A stretch of 64,000 nucleotides of DNA, from IMG/VR virus record IMGVR_UViG_3300046616_000188. One strand, 5' to 3'. Shown in pieces: positions 59,303-64,000 of this stretch (positions within the stretch are counted from its first letter, which is position 1; each line of letters opens with the position of its first letter). A program made the translations under genes and the position numbers. The stretch comes from a virus. The notes below the pieces were generated by a model that was not told where the DNA came from, searched no databases, and worked only from the letters and a program-made list of their open reading frames with translations.

Positions 59303-61392
59303 AACTTAGAACAGCTTTATTCGACATTGAAGGCGATGGCCTCCTAAACAGCAAGTTCGTGAAGCACGAAGACGTTTTGGTTGAAATTCCAGCCATGACA
59401 AAGATTCACTGTCTCTGCATCACTGAATTTGAAACTGGACGTAAATTTAAATTTGTAGGCCGGGAAGAAATTGAAAAAGGAGTCCGCCTCCTTGAAGACG
59501 CTGAAATGGTCGTGGGTCATAACATTCTAGACTTCGACTTGCGCGCCATTGCTAGAGTTTTTCCTTGGTTCGAATTTACCGGTAGGGTGCGTGACACTCT
59601 TGTCATGACACGTCTGATGTTTTCGCATCAGAAGGAACTAGATTTCCGTCTCCACGAGCGAGACAGGCTTCCGTCTAAATTCATTGGCCGTCACAGCCTC
59701 GACAGTTGGGGCTATAGAATCGGCAAATGGAAAGGTGACTATTCGGAACAGAAAGAAAAAGAAGCAAAGGCTCTTGGCATTACTGATCCACTAGGAATCC
59801 ACCTCCATGTATGGGGCACTTACAATGAAGAGATGGGCGAATACTGCGAAAACGACGTTGACGTTACGGAAGAGCTTTGGAAGATGCTATTGGAGCAGAA
59901 CTATCCAGAATTCCCAATCGTGTTTGAACATCAAATCGCGGATCGTCTGATCCAGCAAGAAGATAATGGATTCCCTTTTAACACTGAAGCCGCTGACAAA
60001 CTCAGACTAGAGCTTGAAGAATACCGCGAAAATATCAGGGTAGAGTGTGAGACAAAATTCCCCGGCAGGATGGAAGCGCAAAAGTATACCACATACGGTA
60101 AGCTACGCGAAGAATATAATGCAGTGGATTGGGACACGGTTAATAATTTAGAACTGGAAGACGCGGTCTACGAAATGCTGGCGAATTATCCTAGCGATAA
60201 AGAAACGCCGCAGATTATGATTCCCAAAAGAACTATTAGATACAAAGACATAGCTAAGGGCGATAGGACCGCTGGTGCGCCATATACGCCAGTCTTCTAT
60301 AAGGATTTCAATGCAGGCTCGCGCCAGCAAGTCGCGGAACGTCTCATTGAACTTGGATGGAGACCTGAAGAATTTACCGAAACGGGTCAGCCACAGGTAA
60401 ACGAAGTTACGCTAAAGAACGCGGCGGATAATATTCCAATCGCAAAATCTCTGGCTGATTATTTCGGGGTGCAGAAAACCTTGGGACAGCTTGCAGAGGG
60501 CGATAACGGTTGGCTCAAGCTTGTCACTGGCGAGAATAAAATCCATCACCACGTCAATCCTTGTGGCGCTGTAACGGGTCGTTGTACCCACGCCAATCCT
60601 AATCTAGGTCAAGTACCCTCTATCTCGAAAAATAAGGATAAGCAAATCCTTATGGGCCGAGACGGCGGTTGGGGTTTTGAATGCCGCTCATTGTTCCACG
60701 TTCTGCCTCCCTTCGTAATGATGGGAAGTGACTTGAGTGGTATCGAGCTTCGTTGCTTGGCCCACTACATGGCTGAATTTGATGACGGTGAATATGGCCG
60801 CGAACTGCTTGAAGGCGATATCCACACCGTTAATCAGATGGCAGCTGGACTAGAAACCCGCGAGCAAGCCAAAACTTTCATATACGCCACGTTGTATGGG
60901 GCCGGTCCTGCAAAGATAGGTAGTATTGTTCTACCCTTCGCATCTGAGGCAGAGCAAACCCGCGTGGGTAAAGAACTTCTAGATCGATTCCTTCGCAACA
61001 TGCCAGCGCTAAAGAAGCTGATGAAAAAGCTTAAGGCTGAAGCAAGACGTGGATTTATCGAAGGCATTGATGGCCGTCGTCTCTATATCAGGGCGCAGCA
61101 CGCAGCACTCAATACCTTGCTTCAAAACGCTGGTGCCATGCTAGCTAAGAAATGGTATCTCCTGTTTGAGGAATTCATGGAGAATCGCGGATACGTTCAT
61201 TCGTGGGAACAAGACTTCGCCATGATGGCTTTCGTTCATGACGAAATTCAGGTCGCAGTATTGGAAGAGATTGCACAAATTGCTGGTGAAACTTCGGTTG
61301 AAGCCGCCGCTGCATCTGGCGATTTCTTTAAATTCAAATTGCCTGTCGCGGCTGAGTTTAAAATCGGAACGAATTGGGCACTTACGCACTGA
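59299..61392 (+). CDS. family A DNA polymerase, T7 gp5-like (3'-5' exonuclease plus polymerase)
   Basis: FDIE, GHNI..FD, YCENDV; DLSGIELRCLAHY (motif A); R..AKTFIYA.LYG (motif B); VHDE (motif C). Confidence 0.93.
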   Translation: MKLRTALFDIEGDGLLNSKFVKHEDVLVEIPAMTKIHCLCITEFETGRKFKFVGREEIEKGVRLLEDAEMVVGHNILDFDLRAIARVFPWFEFTGRVRDTLVMTRLMFSHQKELDFRLHERDRLPSKFIGRHSLDSWGYRIGKWKGDYSEQKEKEAKALGITDPLGIHLHVWGTYNEEMGEYCENDVDVTEELWKMLLEQNYPEFPIVFEHQIADRLIQQEDNGFPFNTEAADKLRLELEEYRENIRVECETKFPGRMEAQKYTTYGKLREEYNAVDWDTVNNLELEDAVYEMLANYPSDKETPQIMIPKRTIRYKDIAKGDRTAGAPYTPVFYKDFNAGSRQQVAERLIELGWRPEEFTETGQPQVNEVTLKNAADNIPIAKSLADYFGVQKTLGQLAEGDNGWLKLVTGENKIHHHVNPCGAVTGRCTHANPNLGQVPSISKNKDKQILMGRDGGWGFECRSLFHVLPPFVMMGSDLSGIELRCLAHYMAEFDDGEYGRELLEGDIHTVNQMAAGLETREQAKTFIYATLYGAGPAKIGSIVLPFASEAEQTRVGKELLDRFLRNMPALKKLMKKLKAEARRGFIEGIDGRRLYIRAQHAALNTLLQNAGAMLAKKWYLLFEEFMENRGYVHSWEQDFAMMAFVHDEIQVAVLEEIAQIAGETSVEAAAASGDFFKFKLPVAAEFKIGTNWALTH

Positions 61393-61427
61393 CCTGTGAG
61401 AAAAATAAAAATTAAGAGATTTTCTCC

Positions 61428-61456
61428 TTGACTTTTGAAAATCATTATGGTATTAT
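61428..61456 (+). promoter_or_regulatory. sigma70-type promoter
   Basis: TTGACT-N17-TATTAT with TGn. Confidence 0.65.
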
Positions 61457-61710
61457 CCTCACATAATAACAAAAGTAAAAATTAGAAACTGACAAATGAT
61501 TGCATATATTTTAATTTCAATTGCCGTCCTGTTCGTGATGCTGAGCTATTATATCCTCATCGTACTAGCAGTGAAAAACGGCCTCCTACTCTTCATGTCA
61601 TCTCTGGCCGAAACGCCCAAGCAAGACGCTGATATCGAGACGGAATTCACTACCGTCATCACAGCTGAAGAGTCTATTAAAATTCTACGCAACATGCGTG
61701 GAGAACAATA

Positions 61711-62304
61711 ATGAAATATTTAGTATTTGATACCGAAACCACTGGAATGGTTCAGTGGAAGCTGCCTCCTACTGACCCTAACCAGCCTAAGCTGGTCCAG
61801 ATCGGTTGCCTCCTTTTTGACTCACATCATAACGAAATCGCCGCACTAAAAACTCTTGTGGTTCCCCTCGCATCAATTGAACCGAAGGCCCAAGAAACTC
61901 ACGGCATCTCGTTTGAAACGGCTCAAGAGCTTGGCGTTTCCAACAATAATGTTTTAGAAGTTTTTTGTGACTTTGTCGATATTGCCGATGTCGTTGTGGC
62001 TCATAATTCAGCCTTCGACGTTAAAGTTATGCGCCATGCCGCACATAACGCAAAGATTGAAACAGACATTTTTGCTGGTAAAGAAATCCGCTGTACCAAA
62101 GAAGCTACTACCAAAATTCTCAGAATCCCTAATCCAAAAATTCGTGGTCAATATAAGTGGCCCTCTCTGCAAGAATGCATGACCTACTTTTTTAAAGAAA
62201 GTATCGAGGGGGCTCACGACGCCATGGTTGACGTTAGGGCTTGCGCCAGAGTTTATCAGAACCTAGTCGATAATTTCGAACCAAGAGAATTAAAATGGCA
62301 GTAG
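61711..62304 (+). CDS. DEDDh 3'-5' exonuclease (DnaQ-like)
   Basis: FDTETTG, AHNSAFD, CT, AHDAMVD. Confidence 0.9.
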   Translation: MKYLVFDTETTGMVQWKLPPTDPNQPKLVQIGCLLFDSHHNEIAALKTLVVPLASIEPKAQETHGISFETAQELGVSNNNVLEVFCDFVDIADVVVAHNSAFDVKVMRHAAHNAKIETDIFAGKEIRCTKEATTKILRIPNPKIRGQYKWPSLQECMTYFFKESIEGAHDAMVDVRACARVYQNLVDNFEPRELKWQ

Positions 62305-63386
62305 ACGATTCCAAAATCCTAGATTTCGATAAAATCTTTAATAACTATATGGCTCATGAGAGCAAGCAGAAGAAGTGGATGTACGACCGTAACCTTTCAA
62401 TGGGTGCGTCTGAAGCTTTTGACTGTCTCAGAAAAGCTTTCTTTAAGAAGAAGGGTTTCGATCAAGACTCTGATTATTCTCAGTCTTGGGGCGCGATGGA
62501 ACGCGGTAACATGATCGAAGATCATTACGTTGTTCCAGCCCTTGAACTTGGACTACCTGAAGGTATCGATCTAATCGGCGCGGGTCAGCAGGATCAAACA
62601 ACTTTCTTGGACGAAGAAAATCGTCTCAGCGCTACACCAGACGGACTTCTTGCTGGTCTTCCGCGTAACGCTCTAAGTAATTATGGTATTGAGGATATTG
62701 AAAGTGACTGTATCACGGTCGAAGTCAAGTCAATCGATCCTCGCGTTTCTCTCACGGAAGAGAAGGCTATCCACCGTGGACAGGTAAATATTCAGATCGG
62801 CCTCATTCGTGATCAGACAGATTTCAAGCCTCGCTACGGCGTCATTCTATACGTAGACGCTTCGTTCCTCGATAACATTACACCGTTCGTTATCCGTTTC
62901 GATGAAAAGACTTACGCTGCGGCTCAGGCCCGTTCTAGGAAAATGTTTGCCGCGAAAGAACCTTCTGATCTACCAGCTGAAGGCAAAGTAACAGGGGCTT
63001 GCAAGCTCTGCCCATGGGCCAAGCGTTGCAACGGTCTCAATCTCGCTGCTGTGCCGCAAGAGTCGTTCGATAAGACAGCCCTTGATAAAGATCGCGCCAT
63101 CATGGCTAAGCTCGTAGAAGACGAGCAAGAAGCAAAAGAGCGCAAGAAGCTGGCCGAAATGGATGAAGAACGCATCCGCGTCGAGATGAAAGAATTCCTA
63201 AAGAAGCTTGGTACAAAAAATCTCAAAGCAACTGATGGTTCTTGGGGCGTTACATATTCTACTCAGAAGGGCCGCACCGGTCTTGATAAAGAAAAAATGA
63301 TTGAGGATGGCATTGACTTATCGCTCTACGAAAAAGAAGGCGAAGGTTTTGAAGTTCTTAGAGTTACAACGAAGAAGATTAAGTAA
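62295..63386 (+). CDS. Cas4-like PD-(D/E)xK exonuclease (predicted 4Fe-4S)
   Basis: GASEAFDCLRK, RG..IE, ATPDG, VEVKS, Q.NIQ, CKLCPWAKRC. Confidence 0.8.
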   Translation: MAVDDSKILDFDKIFNNYMAHESKQKKWMYDRNLSMGASEAFDCLRKAFFKKKGFDQDSDYSQSWGAMERGNMIEDHYVVPALELGLPEGIDLIGAGQQDQTTFLDEENRLSATPDGLLAGLPRNALSNYGIEDIESDCITVEVKSIDPRVSLTEEKAIHRGQVNIQIGLIRDQTDFKPRYGVILYVDASFLDNITPFVIRFDEKTYAAAQARSRKMFAAKEPSDLPAEGKVTGACKLCPWAKRCNGLNLAAVPQESFDKTALDKDRAIMAKLVEDEQEAKERKKLAEMDEERIRVEMKEFLKKLGTKNLKATDGSWGVTYSTQKGRTGLDKEKMIEDGIDLSLYEKEGEGFEVLRVTTKKIK

Positions 63387-63613
63387 TGGCAAAATTCAAC
63401 GAAGACGTAATCGTTCGGATCATGGAAAAACTAACTGTGACATTGTTCGAAACGGCAAACGCAGTGCTAACTGAGGTCGCTAATGATCCTAGCATTGGTA
63501 AAGATGATTATGACGCGGCTCTGTTTCTAACATATGACGCGTATTACAAGGGAATCATTGAAGAGCTTGATCCTGAATTCGTCAAAGAAGCGCTAGCTCT
63601 GCTCGATGATTAA
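63386..63613 (+). CDS. hypothetical protein
   Basis: 75-aa ORF with TAATG coupling. Confidence 0.5.
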   Translation: MAKFNEDVIVRIMEKLTVTLFETANAVLTEVANDPSIGKDDYDAALFLTYDAYYKGIIEELDPEFVKEALALLDD

Positions 63614-63717
63614 TTAAATTTCCCTACTCGTCTCTAGGGGATTTTAAAATAAGAAAAATGTAGAGACACAAACTAAGAACCAAGAAAACAGAAAACTAAG
63701 AAACGAGAAAATATAAC

Positions 63718-64000
63718 ATGGCAAATGAAGTAGCAACCCGTAATAACACCGCAGTCTCAACACCGGCTTCAGGGAATCCGTTCCTCAACGCTGCATCTTC
63801 ACTCGGTGGCGGTAATGAAGGTCTTACCTTCCTCGCATTCTCTGGCAAGACCGGCGATTACACTTACGGTGCTGACAAGGAAGAACTAGACGACGGCTGG
63901 GAAGGCGCAGTTAATATGAATTCTGCTAAGCAGGGCCATATTTGCTGGAAAGATTCCGAAGTCGTTGGCGAAGATATGACACGCATTCTCGACGGCAATC
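63718..64000 (+). CDS. partial ORF, possibly ssDNA-binding or recombination protein
   Basis: Manual translation MANEVATRNNTAVSTPASGNPF...FLAFSGKTGDYTYG...GHICWKD; position next to the Cas4-like exonuclease; function inferred from context only. Confidence 0.4.
   Translation, partial: MANEVATRNNTAVSTPASGNPFLNAASSLGGGNEGLTFLAFSGKTGDYTYGADKEELDDGWEGAVNMNSAKQGHICWKDSEVVGEDMTRILDGN

Noticed and set aside
62295-63386. Cas4-like gene as evidence for a CRISPR-Cas locus
   Set aside because: No repeat-spacer array or other cas genes anywhere in the window; solo Cas4-like exonucleases are routine in phage recombination modules.
1-64000. tRNA, rRNA or CRISPR arrays
   Set aside because: No cloverleaf with a T-loop and CCA end and no regularly spaced direct repeats were seen by eye in the intergenic gaps; a tRNA scan was not run.

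Overview
This window is a 64-kb slice of a large dsDNA bacteriophage genome. Genes are densely packed, mostly on the + strand, and no virion structural, rRNA, tRNA or CRISPR features were found. It carries a replication module: an AEP primase fused to an SF3 helicase, a T7-like family A polymerase, an ATP-dependent ligase, a SNF2 helicase, DEDDh and Cas4-like exonucleases, rIIA/rIIB, a short tyrosine recombinase and two DNA methyltransferases. It also carries an unusually large accessory and counter-defence load: two NAD+ salvage routes (PnuC-NadR and NadM/Nudix-NAMPT), and an RNA/tRNA repair set (Rnl1, Rnl2, split PNK kinase and phosphatase, Thg1, a Pol-beta nucleotidyltransferase, PTH2-like, a cREC-like domain and three metallophosphoesterases). 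Promoters are host sigma70-type, and one exactly matches the rhizobial RpoD consensus CTTGAC-N17-CTATAT, so an alphaproteobacterial (Rhizobiaceae-like) host is inferred. The gene mix resembles phiCbK-like large phages, also an inference. The most interesting items are: (1) a MotA/ExbB + ExbD-like/YfaP + third membrane protein operon; (2) a SNF2 gene split at Walker A by a G_GGA_AAA slippery site with a 7-nt spacer and a 9-bp hairpin, a candidate programmed -1 frameshift; (3) a MazG-like gene paired with a minimal class II aaRS; (4) an RNAP alpha-CTD mimic; (5) a stand-alone TAXI solute-binding protein; (6) a DUF4326-like gene broken by two palindromic inserts; (7) promoters built inside inverted repeats. 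All family assignments come from motif recognition by eye; no database search was run.
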